DNA of 52,631 nucleotides from Octopus sinensis (taxonomy: Eukaryota). Below are positions 1 through 13,470 of the stretch, piece after piece. The translations under genes were made by a program, and so were the position numbers. Each line of letters opens with the position of its first letter. Position 1 is the first letter of the stretch. The notes under the pieces were generated by a model that saw only the letters and a program-made list of their open reading frames with translations, was not told the DNA's origin and did no database searches. The DNA lies in the NCBI RefSeq assembly GCF_006345805.1, contig NW_021833967.1, positions 1 to 52,631 on the forward strand, read 5' to 3'.

Positions 1-1731
1 TTGTGTCGACTTACCTTGTCGAATCAGACTCGACTATGGTTTTTTGTAGAATTTTTGACTATAAAGTTAAACCACGTGACTGCATGGGTTCCGTGTTCCC
101 CGGTGGTGGCTCTTTCGTTTTTCCTGAAGAACTTGAGTGCCCATCCTACTCTCCAAAAGTATGCAACATCAGTGTTGGGGAACTATTCCGTTGATGTGAT
201 CATCAGATATATTTTACAGATTGTCCAGGCTCTGAGAAATGACAAGGTGACAGTCTAGAGTGACCCCGAGTAGTTAGGATTTATGCGTTCCTTCGTCCTT
301 TCTGCGTCTCAACGATCACAGCTGTTGGCTCATCAATTCCTATGGAATCTAAAGAGTAATTTAGATGACGGAAATGCAGGTGGTATTTAAGGAATTGACA
401 TGTAGACAATCCTGCTACTCGACTGTCTGACGACATTGTCTCCAATATGACCTCAGAAGGCAGGGAAGTGTACGACAAACAATTCAAGTTTATCGATGAA
501 ATAATCAACGTCTCCGGCCTTATTAGGTTGAGTGTGTTTTTCAGTCTCAGGGAGTTTCCTAAAGGGCCTAAACGAGACATTGCTTGTGTCCAAGAATTGT
601 CTAAAGTGTCACTTGTAGAAAGTAGGGATGTCCATCTATGTTTTAGATTGTTATCTTCCATCCAATCCGGAATGTATTATTTTGGGAATTGACTGCAAGT
701 CGGCTGTATCCCTCCAGAGGTTATATTTGTGGTCTGATTGCCTAGTGCTGAGAAAGCTCCTTATTTAGTCAAGTTTAAAGTGCAGCAGTTGAGGTTAGAT
801 CAAGTTGAGAAGATTTGTCGAGGAGAAATGAGGAGGCCTACTGGGAAGGAGAACTGGTTGGGAGCAATCATGAAGGTCGGTGATGATGTCAGACAGGTAA
901 AATGAAATATTTATATTAAAGGATGCCCTGGCTCTTCAGTTCATGGAGTTGTTCTCTGTGATATGCACGAGTATTCAACTCAATGTTTACTTCCGCCCTT
1001 ATAGAGTGGTCTCCACTTCTTGTTCGGTGGGACGTGTGTTGTATTGGTAGAGTGGGATTATTGAGTGTGTGCCTTCTTGCATGTCACGGAGTAAGATTGG
1101 GGACGAGACTGACACTTCTCTCTTTGATTTTTTCAAGTCTCGTTACGGAGGGGAAAAGTCCCAGACGTTTTTGGATGCTCGAAGGTGTTTTATCGAGAGC
1201 ATGGCCGCCTACAGTGTCTTTTGCTATTTGTTGCAAGTCAAAGACAGACATAATGGGAATATTATGATTAGTGATCAGGGTCACGTCATCCACATTGGTG
1301 GAATATGTATTTTAACCGCAGATTTTGGATTTTTGTTTGAGACTTCTCCTGGGGGGAATTTGGGATGGGAACCCGACTTTAAACTCACTGAGGAAATGCT
1401 TCAAATAATGGGCGGTCGAGCTGACTCGCCTCATTTCCAATATTTCACTGAGTTGTGCATAAAAGCCTTTCTGGCTATCAGGTTATGTTTGTGTTTATTG
1501 TGTAGGCCATATACGGACTCTATTCTGACACTGGTCACGCTGATGACCGATAGTGGATTCCCTTGCTTTCGAGGGAATTCAATCCGTCTCCTATCGAGTC
1601 GACTGAGTGCAAACTTGTCGTATCGTGGGGCTGCTCAGCATATGAAAAAGATTATAGATAATTGCTTTCTTAGTATTCGCGCTCGTACATACGATGTTAT
1701 GCAATATGTTCAGAACAGGATTGCTTATTGA
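1..1731 (+). CDS. PI4KA: Phosphatidylinositol 4-kinase III alpha, 3' part (5' end outside window), 10 micro-introns
   Basis: Introns 39-66, 247-273, 380-405, 527-550, 622-646, 720-745, 897-921, 1027-1050, 1298-1321 and 1482-1505 are all GT-AG, 24-28 nt. Removing them gives QIVQALRNDK-LG, QLLAHQFLWN, CYLPSNPE, KVGDDVRQD, QVKDRHNGN, HIDFG, SPGGNLGWEPD and RTYDVMQYVQNRIAY*, matching PI4KIIIalpha. Confidence 0.96.
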
Positions 1732-1806
1732 TTAAATATAAACTATTTTTTATCTTATCGATTGGTTTTTGGCTTTAAATGGCTATTAATTAGGAGAGAA
1801 ATTGTT

Positions 1807-2565
<759 letters not shown>

Positions 2566-3546
2566 TAAAAGACAGTTCCTATCAAATTTTCTAATTTTAT
2601 TTGTAAATTATATTATTAATAATATAACTAATATTACTTTAATAATTATTTTTACAAATAATTTCCACAAAAGTAGTTTTTAACAGTAAGTCGATAACAG
2701 CTTTAATAATTAGTACATAAAACCAACTAATTTCTTGAATAGTGAAATTAATCTAAATTGAAAAATTGTTATATCGGATAATCGACAGGAAATAGATATT
2801 ATTTATTAAAACAAAACCAAATTTAACTGAGTTTAGATTATTTAAATAAGATTTTCAATCCTTATTTTTGAATATCTCTTTCTTCCTTTTTGAGGTAGAA
2901 TTTTCTACTAGTTTCTCACTCTCCTCTCTATCTCTTCGTCAGACAAATAAATTAAATTGATTTTAAAGTCATTATATTTTCAAAGACAGATAGTCGATAT
3001 ATTTTTTGGTAAAAAATTAATAATTAACGACTTCCAGCCGGATTATTGTTCTCAAAGGATTACAAGTAGAATAGCCAAACCATTCCCCTGTTTGGAGATT
3101 CCTACTTTAATCTCAGAAATATGGAATCACTGGTTTTAAAGACAAGGGAAACAAAGAAGAGTCCAATAGAGACATATTTGTGTTTCTTCGATTTTCGAAG
3201 AGTCATATTCCGGAGTTACAGCGAAGAAGTTAAGGGTAAAATGTCATTTTATCATGACATTTTCCCGGTAGAACCTAACTAGTTTAAAAATTAAAGCAAC
3301 TCCAGCCGCATGTTGTCGTTCACAATGTTACAGCCAAGGAGATATTTAATTTCAAGGCAACATAGTATGAAACAATCAAATTTCAGCTTTTTGTAACTGA
3401 AGTCTCCAAATATTTTCAGTTAGTAGTAATCCTAAGAGTTATTTGGTTAATTAATTTTAAAATCAATGATAATTAAAATTAAGTATTTTATCAGCAAACC
3501 ATTTATTAAATAAAAGTAGGGGTCTTATATTACACTAATTCATAAA

Positions 3547-4743
3547 ATGAAGCTCCTTACTGTATTTTCACAGGCTGTGGTCAATTCAGAATCAAGAAAA
3601 GATGATGACAAGGCTGACAGGCTGAACTATCGGTATGGAGCAGCATTGTTGATTGCCTTCAGTGTGATTGTCCTTACTGAAAACTACGTTGGTAAACCAA
3701 TTCACTGCCTGTCCTCAGGACTAGTTGGCTATGCCGAATATGCTCACAAATTATGTTATATGAAGGGCACTTATTTTGTGCCACACGGTGCACAGTTTCC
3801 TAAAACCCAGGAAGAAATAAACAGTAGGACTGTTTATTACTATCACTGGATTCAATTCATATTTATGATTTTGGCATTTTTGTATTACATCCCAATTATC
3901 ATTTGGAGAACATATTCTTCCAAATCTGGATTTTCTCTTTCTAAGAATATTCAAACGTGCATCAAAGCACGAAATTCCGTCACAGTTGCTGACAAAAAAC
4001 GACTTATTAAATGTGTTTCTGATGAAATCAGCAATTACGTTTCCAGAAGAAACCTTCCAATGTCGACTACAAGCTACATTTTCTATTTGATTAAAACAAT
4101 TACAATGTTTGGGGGACGTCGACAAGGAAACTATTTCACAATTTCCTATTTAATCTGCAAAATATTGTTTCTGGTCAGCATTTGTTTACAGATCATATTG
4201 CTTAACAAATTCTTGGGTTTTCAATTTCAGAAATACGGGCTTTTCCTCATAAACGAATATGTTCATGGACGGGAAATCAACGAATCATCTTTCTTTCCTC
4301 GAGTTACATATTGCACTTTTTCAATACGAAATTTCAACACTGTGAATACTTATACTCTGCAATGTGTTCTACAAATAAACTTATTTTTGGAGAAAATATT
4401 TCTCGCACTTTGGGTTTTTTATATGATTGCCGGAATATACTCATTGTGCTATTTCTTCAGCTGGCTTTATTATCTCACTAGTCTACGAAAAAGAGTGTCA
4501 TGCATCAAGATACATTTGCCATCTGTGGACGAACATAATTCTACTGTCACAGATTTTGTCTCAAAATATCTTAAAACTGACGGATGTTTCATCATTCGAA
4601 TGATATCACATAATGTGGATAAAGTTACTGCTGATGACATTGTGGATTCCTGCTGGATGGACTACCTTGAATTTAACGAAGTAATCGGAAATCGCCAAGG
4701 AATTTTATGGAAGAATCTGCCTTTTGAGGGAAATTTATATTAG
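3547..4743 (+). CDS. Innexin (gap junction protein), intronless
   Basis: 398-aa ORF with DDDKADRLNY, YVGKPIHC, YYHW (YYQW variant), FPRVTYC, QCVLQINLFLEKIF, four hydrophobic segments and two Cys per extracellular loop. Confidence 0.95.
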   Translation: MKLLTVFSQAVVNSESRKDDDKADRLNYRYGAALLIAFSVIVLTENYVGKPIHCLSSGLVGYAEYAHKLCYMKGTYFVPHGAQFPKTQEEINSRTVYYYHWIQFIFMILAFLYYIPIIIWRTYSSKSGFSLSKNIQTCIKARNSVTVADKKRLIKCVSDEISNYVSRRNLPMSTTSYIFYLIKTITMFGGRRQGNYFTISYLICKILFLVSICLQIILLNKFLGFQFQKYGLFLINEYVHGREINESSFFPRVTYCTFSIRNFNTVNTYTLQCVLQINLFLEKIFLALWVFYMIAGIYSLCYFFSWLYYLTSLRKRVSCIKIHLPSVDEHNSTVTDFVSKYLKTDGCFIIRMISHNVDKVTADDIVDSCWMDYLEFNEVIGNRQGILWKNLPFEGNLY

Positions 4744-4929
4744 TTTAATTACAGATTTAACATTTACTTGGTTTTGTTCATTATTTGGTTCTTTGTTAAA
4801 GCCCAAATTTTAGTATTCTAAAGCAGGGGTTCTCAATCTATTTTACTCGTTGACCCTTTGATTTTTTTCGATCTTCGTAATATTTAAATAGAACAAACAA
4901 TTTTAAGTAAAATTAGTTAACTAACTATC

Positions 4930-7900
4930 CTCTGCCTAGAACCGCTGAGTAGAGTCCTCACTGCCCAATTCGAACAAATGTCGATCGAACATGAAGGAGG
5001 GTGTTTTAGCACCAACCATCTCATGTTCATAGACGACATTAAGCTGTTCGCTCGGTCTTCAGAGATTCTCCACTCAATGGGTAAAGTCCTGAAGGTTTCA
5101 TGAAGGCCGTGGGGTTGGAGCTCAACTACGACAAGTCGGCGACTAACACCCCTGTGTGCGGTGACCTAGTCAAAGTCTTGGAGGAACACCAAGGATATAA
5201 GTATCTTGGTGTGGTTGAGAGTCCAGCCTCATTAATCACACCCGAAACGAGAAAGTGTGTAGTGGAGGGTGTGCGTAGTAGGGCGGCAATGTTATGCACG
5301 GAACTTATTTCATGCCTTGAACGAGTATGCCATCTCATTGCTAAACTACTACGTTGGCCTGATCGAATTCGAGCCGAGTGAGTACGATGAAATGGACCTT
5401 ATTGTCCGAAGAGTACTCCGAGAGAATCATGTCCACGTGTTGGCAAGCAATAAGGAGAGATTGTACTTGTCTCGCGGGCAGCTAGGACGTGGACTGAGTA
5501 ACATCGTACACTTAAGTGAGCGAATTCTGACTAAGATGCACGACACCTTGTGGAGTGGGTCGAGTGTATCCCAAAGGAAGACTGCCATCCTTGCTGCTGA
5601 AAAAGCGCGTGGTACACACCTAGGGACCATAAAAGGCTATGTGTCGGCTAAGTATGGTCTAGGTGCTACCCAAGTTAATGTGAAGGAGTTGATCAAACTT
5701 CAAAAGGAGTCTTTAATTAAAAAGATCAACTTAAAAGTCCTTCACAAGACTCTCTTTAGCAGCCTGGACAACCCGCACATTGACGTATCGTCGTCATCTA
5801 CGTGGCTGAAATATGGGAATAACTCTCCCCGATCAGAAGGGTTGTTCTCATATTTGCAGGATAGAAACTTTTTTAATGGTCAACGGAAACAGTGTAACCA
5901 CTGTAAGAGTAAGGCAATGACCGTTGACCATTTAGCCACGAAGTGCGGGAGTATGCTTTACCATGATTACACATGGAGGCATAACGAGGTGGTGAGGTCC
6001 CTCCATCTTTTGCTCTGCAATAAGTATGGCTTGAGGCGGTCCAGAAAGTTGCGAACCCATCGAGTTCAATCGGTGAGTGAGAACTCGCGGGTGTGCATTA
6101 AAGTGGATACCCCCATACGCACCTCGATTGTTGTCCAGCACAACAGACCCGACATTGTGGTCCACGATAAGGTCACCGGGGAGATTGTTATCGTGGAGGT
6201 GGGCATCACGTGCCTAGACCGTTTGCAGATAGTGGAAGTGGAGAAAAGGAGGAAGTATGACCTCCTTGCAAACGAGCTAGGACTGATGCACCAGTGCAAA
6301 GTCCATGTCATCCCGTGTGTGATGACATGGGATGGACTGGTCACCAAATACCACAAGCGGTACTTAAGACAGTTGGATGTAGATAAGTCTCTACAGCAGT
6401 GGTTCTCAACCTGGGGTCCGCGGACCCTTTAGGGGTCCGCGAAAGATTCCAGGGGGTCCGCGAGATTTTTCTGAAACTTTATTTTAATGTTTCTATTTAA
6501 TGATGACAATTTTAAATTGCGCACATGTCATCCCCATCTAATCTACAAAAATAAGGATTATTTTATTTCTTTGCGTAAAATGATGAAAAGTCAAGTATTG
6601 ACTCGTTTCATACAAACTTTGCCTTCTGATAATTCCATACTATTAGCATCTTACATGATCTCATTACGTATAGCGAAAGAAAAGAAACCTCATAATATTG
6701 CCGAAAAACTGATTCTTCCTTGTTGTTAAAGACATAGTACGTACTCTTATTGGCACTCATGCTGAAAATATGATTTCGGAAATACCATTATCGAATGATA
6801 CTGTTCATTGACGAATTTCTGAAATGTCAGAAAATATTAAGTGTCAGGTTATTGATATTATATTATTTATTTCAGGTGGTAGAACAAATAAAAACTTCAT
6901 GCCATCAAAATTTCGCTATACAAGTTGATGAATCCACCGATGTAGCGAACTGTGCTCAATTAATAATATTTGCTCGTTATGTCTATGACGGAGATTTTAA
7001 AGAGGAATTTTTATTTTCATATTCGCTTGAATCGGCCACTAAAGAAGAAGATATTTTTTAAGCAATTTTTATGTTTTTTGACAGTGTTGGGTTATCTTAA
7101 AATAATGTATGTTGTTGCAAAACCGATGGAGCTCCAGCAATGCTTGGCTTTCATTCTGGCTTTAGAGGCCAAGTTAGACTTGCTAACCAGGAAACGAAAC
7201 ATATGCATTGTATGCTACATCGATATGCACTTGCTGCAAAAACATTACCTTCAGATTTAAGATATGTTCTCGATGATGTCGTACATATCATAAATTATAT
7301 TAAAAAGAGTGCTTTAAATTCGCGCATTTTCAGACTTATTTGCGAAGAATTTGAAAAGGATGGAAAGGCTTTGTTATTCCACACTGATGTGAGATGGCTA
7401 TCTTGGGGAAACATTCTTGCCAGAGTTTTTTCTTTGAGGAATGAATTATCTGAATATTTTATTCGCGAAAACAATTCCAAATCATCGGAATTTATAGAGA
7501 TGTCTTCTCTCGTATAAATTAACTCAACAAATCGCTTCAGGGAAGACATGAAACAATAATTGATTTTGTGGATAAAATTAAGTTTGTTAACTGTTTCATA
7601 TTAATTATTAGTGCTTTTTTGATGAAGTTAACACTGTGGAAAGAAAAAGTAAAACTAAATAATTTTACTATGTTTGAATCTTTTGAAGAACAATCTGTAA
7701 ATATAGATGCATTTGAAATCAAAAAAATAACCGAACTTATTTATGCACATTTAACATATCTTCAACAAGAATCAGGGTTTGCTTGTCGACAACCGAGCCT
7801 CTTATTGAAAAAATTGCCTCGAAAAAACAATATCAACCTTCTCACTAATTTTCTCTATTGATTTAATAATAAATTTTGTTTTTAGATAAGTAAAATTTTT

Positions 7901-8255
7901 TTGACAAAAAACTTAATAAATATGTAGGGGGTCCGCGAAATTTTTCATTTACTCACAAGGGGTCCGCGGAAAAAAAAGGTTGAGAACCACTGCTCTACAG
8001 GCTTATATACAGTCAACTGTTCTTAAGAGGACTCTGGAGAGTGTCTCGTTTGATGCTCGCCGATCCAGCCCTTTCCTGACGTTTAGTCAGCAAGAGGCGC
8101 TGGACTGCACCTTCTCGAAGGTCTACAGTGCCAGAGAAGAGGAGGAAGAAGGGGAGGAGGTGCGTGGAGTGCCACCTTCTGCTCACTTCGAAGGCACTGG
8201 ACTTAGTTAGCAAAATTACTTAGTTAATTAGTTTCTTTTTTAATAAAGGCTTTAC
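4930..8255 (+). mobile_element. 5'-truncated R4-clade-like non-LTR retrotransposon (RT + CCHC + REL endonuclease)
   Basis: FIDD at 5026-5037, YKYLG, CNHC..TVDHLATKC, RHNEVV, NRPD, EVGIT, EKRRKYDLLA. 14-bp TSD GTTAACTAACTATC at 4916-4929 and 8256-8269. The frame is restored across the hAT insertion (DKSLQ|AYIQS). Confidence 0.9.
6397..7992 (+). mobile_element. hAT Buster/Charlie-type DNA transposon, internally deleted
   Basis: 16-bp TIRs CAGTGGTTCTCAACCT; perfect 8-bp TSD CTCTACAG (nnnTAnnn) at 6389-6396 and 7993-8000; subterminal GGGGTCCGCG repeats; transposase pieces KKPHNIAEKLILP, QVDESTD, HCMLHRYAL, HTDVRWLSWG. Confidence 0.95.
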
Positions 8256-8919
8256 GTTAACTAACTATCTATAATGAATTCATTGTTTATAATCAAATCA
8301 AACAAAAAACTCAATGTTAAGTTATTATTTTAGCCTAAATCTATAATAAAAAACAATTAAATACTAATGTGACTGATGGTTTTTGACTAAAAATTTGATA
8401 TTTGGCTCTATTTGTTTTAAACTAATATCTCCTCTAATTGACGCATGTAATCTGCCTTGTTCTTTATTTAAAATTCGATTTAAAGTGCTAAATCCACATT
8501 CAACAGAATGATGTCAGAAAATAGAATGCTATTCGTTCCACAATTTTGGATGTCTCTTTCACTTTGCGTTTGTGAATCATTATAATATAGTTTTAATTCT
8601 GGATTGAACTTTATTTCTTTTTCTTCTGGGTTTGACAAAAAAGATTAATCACCCAAAATAGAATTTCAAATTCAAAAATATCTTTGAATCGAGAATCTTT
8701 TAATTTTTTATGTATGCTAATAGTTTATCTTTTTTATCCAAATATTTTCTCCTAAGCTGATCCAACAATTTGTACGATTTCATTGCATCAGTTAATAATG
8801 AATTATTACACAATAAGCAATATATACTTTTTATTTTGCCTACAGAATCTCCTCTAAAATTGGTGTGGTTCTGTTCTCTTTTAAATGATTCTGGACGGTA
8901 TTCTGGATTGACTTCGGGA

Positions 8920-9590
8920 AAATATGATCAGTCGTAGCTGATCTCTGTGAAAAGAGTTCAGCTTTTCGTATTACTGTCTTGTAAAACCCCATAAATATGT
9001 ATTTTGCCAGTTTATTATAAATACAAATTTTTTTTTTACGTCAAGTCCTTTCCTGGTGAGGCATCCCTTCTTCAGTTTGTATAGTGCAATACCAGTAAGC
9101 GTCTTCTTGTAATAGCCTCTGCGCATCGAGGAGAGAACTCAGTTTCTTGGTTTTGTGTCATGGTCCGTCTGTCCTGTCTTTTCTTTTAATCAATTTCTTG
9201 ATTTTTGTTTTTCCAAAGTTCAGTTTTAGCTGACCAGTCTGACAATTTTCTGGTGTTTTATAAATTAGGGCCTTTAGTATTTTACTGTTGGATATCAGGT
9301 TGATATCATCTGCACAGCCTATCAAAGTTGTCTCTATCTCAAGGACAGGCCTCAAGTCTCGAAAAACCACCTCAAATAGATAACAAACAGAATATTGAAT
9401 AGTGAATCTTTTTAGGAAGCGGCATGTGTTGTTTCAAACTTTCTCGACGATTCATATCTAGTTTTTACAGTAGGCTTGTCTCCATTTTGACAGCCGAGTC
9501 GTCTAAGAAGTCTCCAAGTATTTGTAGAAGTTTAGTTCAATCGACCGAATCAAATGCTCTTAACATGTCCATTTAAAGGATAGAAGTTGA
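8920..9590 (-). mobile_element. Degenerate RTE-like LINE RT fragment
   Basis: Remnants RAFDSVD, CADD, KKLSSLL and KLNSFHRDQLR parallel the full-length element at 42636-45669. Confidence 0.7.
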
Positions 9591-9773
9591 TATTTCGAGT
9601 TTTGTAGATTATGGTGTTTAAATTGGAAATATCTAAAAGCAAACATGCGTTTTTTTAGCTTAAATTATTCCATTTTCATACTAATCTGTTGCTAAAAATA
9701 GTTAATGAACCCGAAGAATCATGTTTTAAGACTAATTTAATCAAAAAAGAAGTTATTAAAATTTGCAAAAAAA

Positions 9774-9847
9774 TGCCCCGACAGGGACTCGAACCCTAGA
9801 CCTTCGCGTTATTAGCACGACGCTCTAACCAACTGAGCTACCGGGGC
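9774..9847 (-). tRNA. tRNA-Ile (AAT)
   Basis: Cloverleaf with acceptor stem GCCCCGG/TCGGGGC, D-arm TAGCTCAGTTGGTTAGAGC, anticodon loop CT-AAT-AA and GGTTCGAGTCC T-arm; a T7 Pol III terminator follows directly. Confidence 0.95.
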
Positions 9848-10805
9848 GCTATTATATGACTTTAAATTTAAGGAGTATATTATTTCATATGATCTGCTTT
9901 TTAGCATAATTTATTTTGTTAGAATTTGCGGTATTTTGTCAGTTTTTAAATTACCTAATCGAGGAGAGAACTCAGTTGCTTATTTGAAATTAATAATTTC
10001 ACTTGATTCTGAAAAACAAAACAGAATGATTACTTTAATTAATTTTTTTTTCATACACCAAATTTTTATCCAAAGAACAAAATAAAACAAATTTTGTACA
10101 TTTAGAAATTATACAAACAAGTAATTATTTGTGGTTAAGTATGAAAAAGAAATCACAAAGAACTTTTCTTAAGAATCAATCGAACTCAATACCTACTGCT
10201 TAATGGAAACTATAGGAGCTTCTAACTCACATAAGCCATTTTATGTCAAACAAAAAAATAACCACAATTTAATCCTTTTGGTAAATTAACAAATAAATAA
10301 CGTCGATTCTAAATTTATACTGCCTCGTTAGGATTTATAGTTCTCAACGAAAGCATTTACACGATATCTTCGATGGAGATTCTCATAATCATTTAAAATA
10401 ATTACTCCAAGTTCTTCCATGAATATTGTTAATTATTAAAGCGATTGGAGCCAAAGATCCTAGTTCAGCCTTTGTTTTCACTCCATGAATTTATTTGGAA
10501 GGCCAACAGGATTGGTTTTCATATTTGAAAAACAAGCATACACCACACTAGGTCGAATATATAATTAAGGAATAAGAAGAACGAGAATGTCCATATTTAA
10601 GTAGATAATGGCTATTTATTTTGGCTGTACTGAATATTTCATAAGTCATTGAACCGCGAACCAAATCTTTTTTAAAGTGTCTTAGGTGTTTCATACATAG
10701 AAAAGAAAAGGCATAAGAAATCAATTATGTCACTTAAATCTTCATAATCTCACGTTGATAGAGTCTTAGTAATAATTAGGATAATAAATAGAATTGCGTA
10801 AAAAC

Positions 10806-12355
10806 TCAGAACAAATCACAATTTGATTGAATTTGAACTTGTTTATATATTCCCATCAAGACCAATAATCTGTATAAATATGAATATAAAAATACATGAA
10901 GAAAAGCAGAATATTTCCAACAATACCAGCAGTTAAGCAATTTCCAATAAAATTGGAAAACAATCCAATCCAGCCTTCAGCTAAGAAATCACATACATAC
11001 CATAACCCGGAATGCTATCATTTTCATCTTGATATATACTTTCCTGTGCACTGAAAACATCTTCAGGGACACCCTTGTTGGATTCAGAAATAACTTCCCG
11101 AATGAATTGTGTATATTCTGCAATTTTGGACATTCCGTTGCTGATGATCAATTTCCGAACGAGAACAAAAGTGTTTGGTTTCACTACAATCTGAGCATGT
11201 ACTTTGAGATGTGAGGAAATGGGAGAATTGCTAGTTATGCAGAATCTTAAAATTACTAAATTATTGATTACAGCATCTCTGTGTGAAAAGAATCTGAGTA
11301 CGTCACTCCCTTAGTCCGCGATATTGTTCTGATAACATAGACTGCTCCCATCTTGGTCGAAGACTCTAAAATCTTATTTCTAGTTAAAATATAGCAGAAA
11401 AACCTGCTCTTCTTCAATATGAGCGACAATCATTCCGAAAGAGGTGTTGGTCTTCATGTTGTAGACGACTTGTCTTCGTTTTACGTCCCCATCCTGTTGC
11501 CATTCGCTTAAAGAAATCACTGAAAATGTATACTCATAAAAAATACAAAAAGCATTTAATTTATCAAAAATATTTTTGATAAAATTGGAATTCATAAACA
11601 TCAAAATAAATAATTTGTGGGCGGACAGTGAGTAATCAACCGCAAGGAGTTGCTTTCCAGGATGCAAATGTCCCTCACAATTTACCGGTTCTTCAGGAGA
11701 GACTGCCTTTAGTCAACTAATTAAAGAACGTGTTGTTTTGTAAACGTCAAAAAGGCACGAGACGTCATCAATAACTTGTTGATTCGACTCTATGATTGGT
11801 GACGTGGCTTGTGGTTCTGATTTAAAATCAGATTGTGAGGCAGACTCCCTTGTAGAAACAGAATTTATGGTGTTTCTAAATGTGGATGTTCTCAGAGTAT
11901 CGGATATCTATTACATAACCAAACAAACAATTACCTCCCCAAATCTCCGACTGTGAATACTCCAAATTAGATTATAAACTTTATCTCGACAAAGAAAGGA
12001 ATAAAATGTAAATCGTTTTTCATTTACGCAGTGAATCACAATTGCATTAGGGAAAAGAAAAGCAGTCTTTTCTTTACGAATATCTACAACATCTTTTAAT
12101 TCTATGACGATCTATTTATTTGCAAAATAAGTCAACATGATTACAGATATGTTCTTTTGAAGAATTTTGCAAAAAAGGAAAGATAGTTAAGAGTGACTAC
12201 CAACTTTCCCTGTATCATAATTTCCTGCGAATCGCACAAATAAATGCTAAAACTGATTTTTTATCGGTCAAACCCGAGATATAAGTTTCATTCTCAAGAT
12301 AACCATCAAGTTCGGAAAATCCTAATTGAGATTTTCTAGAAATTATTAGTTTCAT
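10806..12355 (-). CDS. GRAMD1: GRAMD1/Aster (LAM) sterol transfer protein: GRAM + VASt + C-terminal TM
   Basis: After removing micro-introns: FICAIRR-EIMIQGKL, IELKDVVDIRKEKTAFLFPNAI (GRAM); KLFILMF, LSEWQQD..RRQVVY, GVTYSDSFHT (VASt); TM segment GIVGNILLFFILLVLMG. Two apparent single-base losses near 12155 and 12223. The start codon is tentative. Confidence 0.8.
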
Positions 12356-12539
12356 TTAAATGTAATAGCAAAAGTTTATTTACTTCTTTTTAGTATTTTT
12401 GATCATAACAAATTAAATCGCTAATTGCCAAAGCAATTCAAACAGATTTATTATTAAAGTTGTTTAGGTAATTAAATATTTAAAAAATATTAAAAAAGCA
12501 TTAATAGTCACTAAGTAGACTACTTTTATTAATAAAGAA

Positions 12540-13470
12540 AGGACAAGAGAAAAATCGTCATTGGCAGATAGCCAGAGTATTGCCTCTGACTATGGCTATA
12601 GATATTCGTTCGATTAAATACCGGTGCCCACACGGGTCGCCGGTAACCCTTTCCATTAGTGAGCCAATGCGCTGGAGTAAAGTCCGAGTAGAGGGCCCCT
12701 GTATTCCTGACGTCTCAACAGCCAGGGGGACAAAAACTCTGCCATTCCCAATTCCAGCGTATTTCTCAGCCTTTCTCTTCTCAGCCCGTTCAGACGCGGC
12801 TCCCGGATTTTCGATACATAATTTGATATTCTGATTGGAAAAGACGTCCCAAACCAGAGACTTTCCTCTCTGAAATGGAAATGTGGTCATTCCATCGGGT
12901 CTTCTGCCGTCCTCTACAAAAATTTCTGCAGGTTCCAATTGTGTGTGGAATCCAGCAGTTCGAAGAGATCGACAGATGATCTGGTTCAGTTCTGAATGCT
13001 GTGAGGAACGTCCAATTCCGTTTCGACATGAGAGGGAGTGATATCCAAACTCGTCGGTACACACGCCGCAGCTGCATTGGTGTTTTGCATAAACGCGTAG
13101 ACCGAGGCGCAGACAGACTCCAATTCTTACGGCTTCATCCTTAAGAAGGCAGCCAGTTGTATTACAAGGGAACAGTTTAGCCACGCGCCGCTTAGGGGCT
13201 GGCTACCCGCTTGTAAACAAGCCAACCTTCTCTGGTCCATGGTTTCCTTTAGCCATGAAAACGTATTGGCGTAGACTTTCGACGTCCACTCCGATTGGCA
13301 GGTCACATCAAATGGCAATGGCAGTCCCAGCTTTTTCCATACGGCGACGCAATCATCCACAGCAAATGATTTCCTCTGTTCGTTTATTTGAGAAAGAACA
13401 GTGTCGATCAAGCCGATCCCTCCAAAGGAAATTGGAAGAGTTGAACACAATTAAAAAATTACATCTAGAC
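12540..13470 (-). mobile_element. CRE-clade-like non-LTR retrotransposon 3' fragment (REL)
   Basis: CSCG...HSLSC zinc knuckle, RRPDG, LVWDV, AEKRKAEKY, VPLAVETSG, ERISIAIVRGN. Confidence 0.85.

Larger units (their letters stand above)
4824..8860 (-). mobile_element. Degenerate hAT (Buster-type) transposon 3' end, host of nested insertions
   Basis: TIR-like CAGGGGTTCTCAA at 4824. Minus-strand C-terminal remnant HPKLW...SVECGFSTLNR...IRGDI...IEPNIKFLVKNHQSH* with stop at 8364-8366. The left boundary is well supported; the right boundary is approximate. Confidence 0.65.

Noticed and set aside
281-1293. Antisense and alternate-frame ORFs over PI4KA (and similar shadow ORFs across the track)
   Set aside because: They overlap well-supported coding exons or TE ORFs and show no recognisable motifs.
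3186-3263. Two short hairpins upstream of the innexin
   Set aside because: 6- and 10-bp stems in AT-rich, probably TE-derived DNA are expected by chance; no RNA family is recognisable.
2940-3430. Possible degenerate LINE endonuclease remnant
   Set aside because: Only scattered, weak motif resemblance on the minus strand; not enough to annotate.
8920-9847. tRNA-targeted retrotransposition
   Set aside because: The RTE remnant is about 180 bp from the tRNA, and the other three RTE copies have no tRNA nearby.
10300-10760. Possible small gene downstream of GRAMD1
   Set aside because: Only short open frames, with no consistent splicing model or motif.
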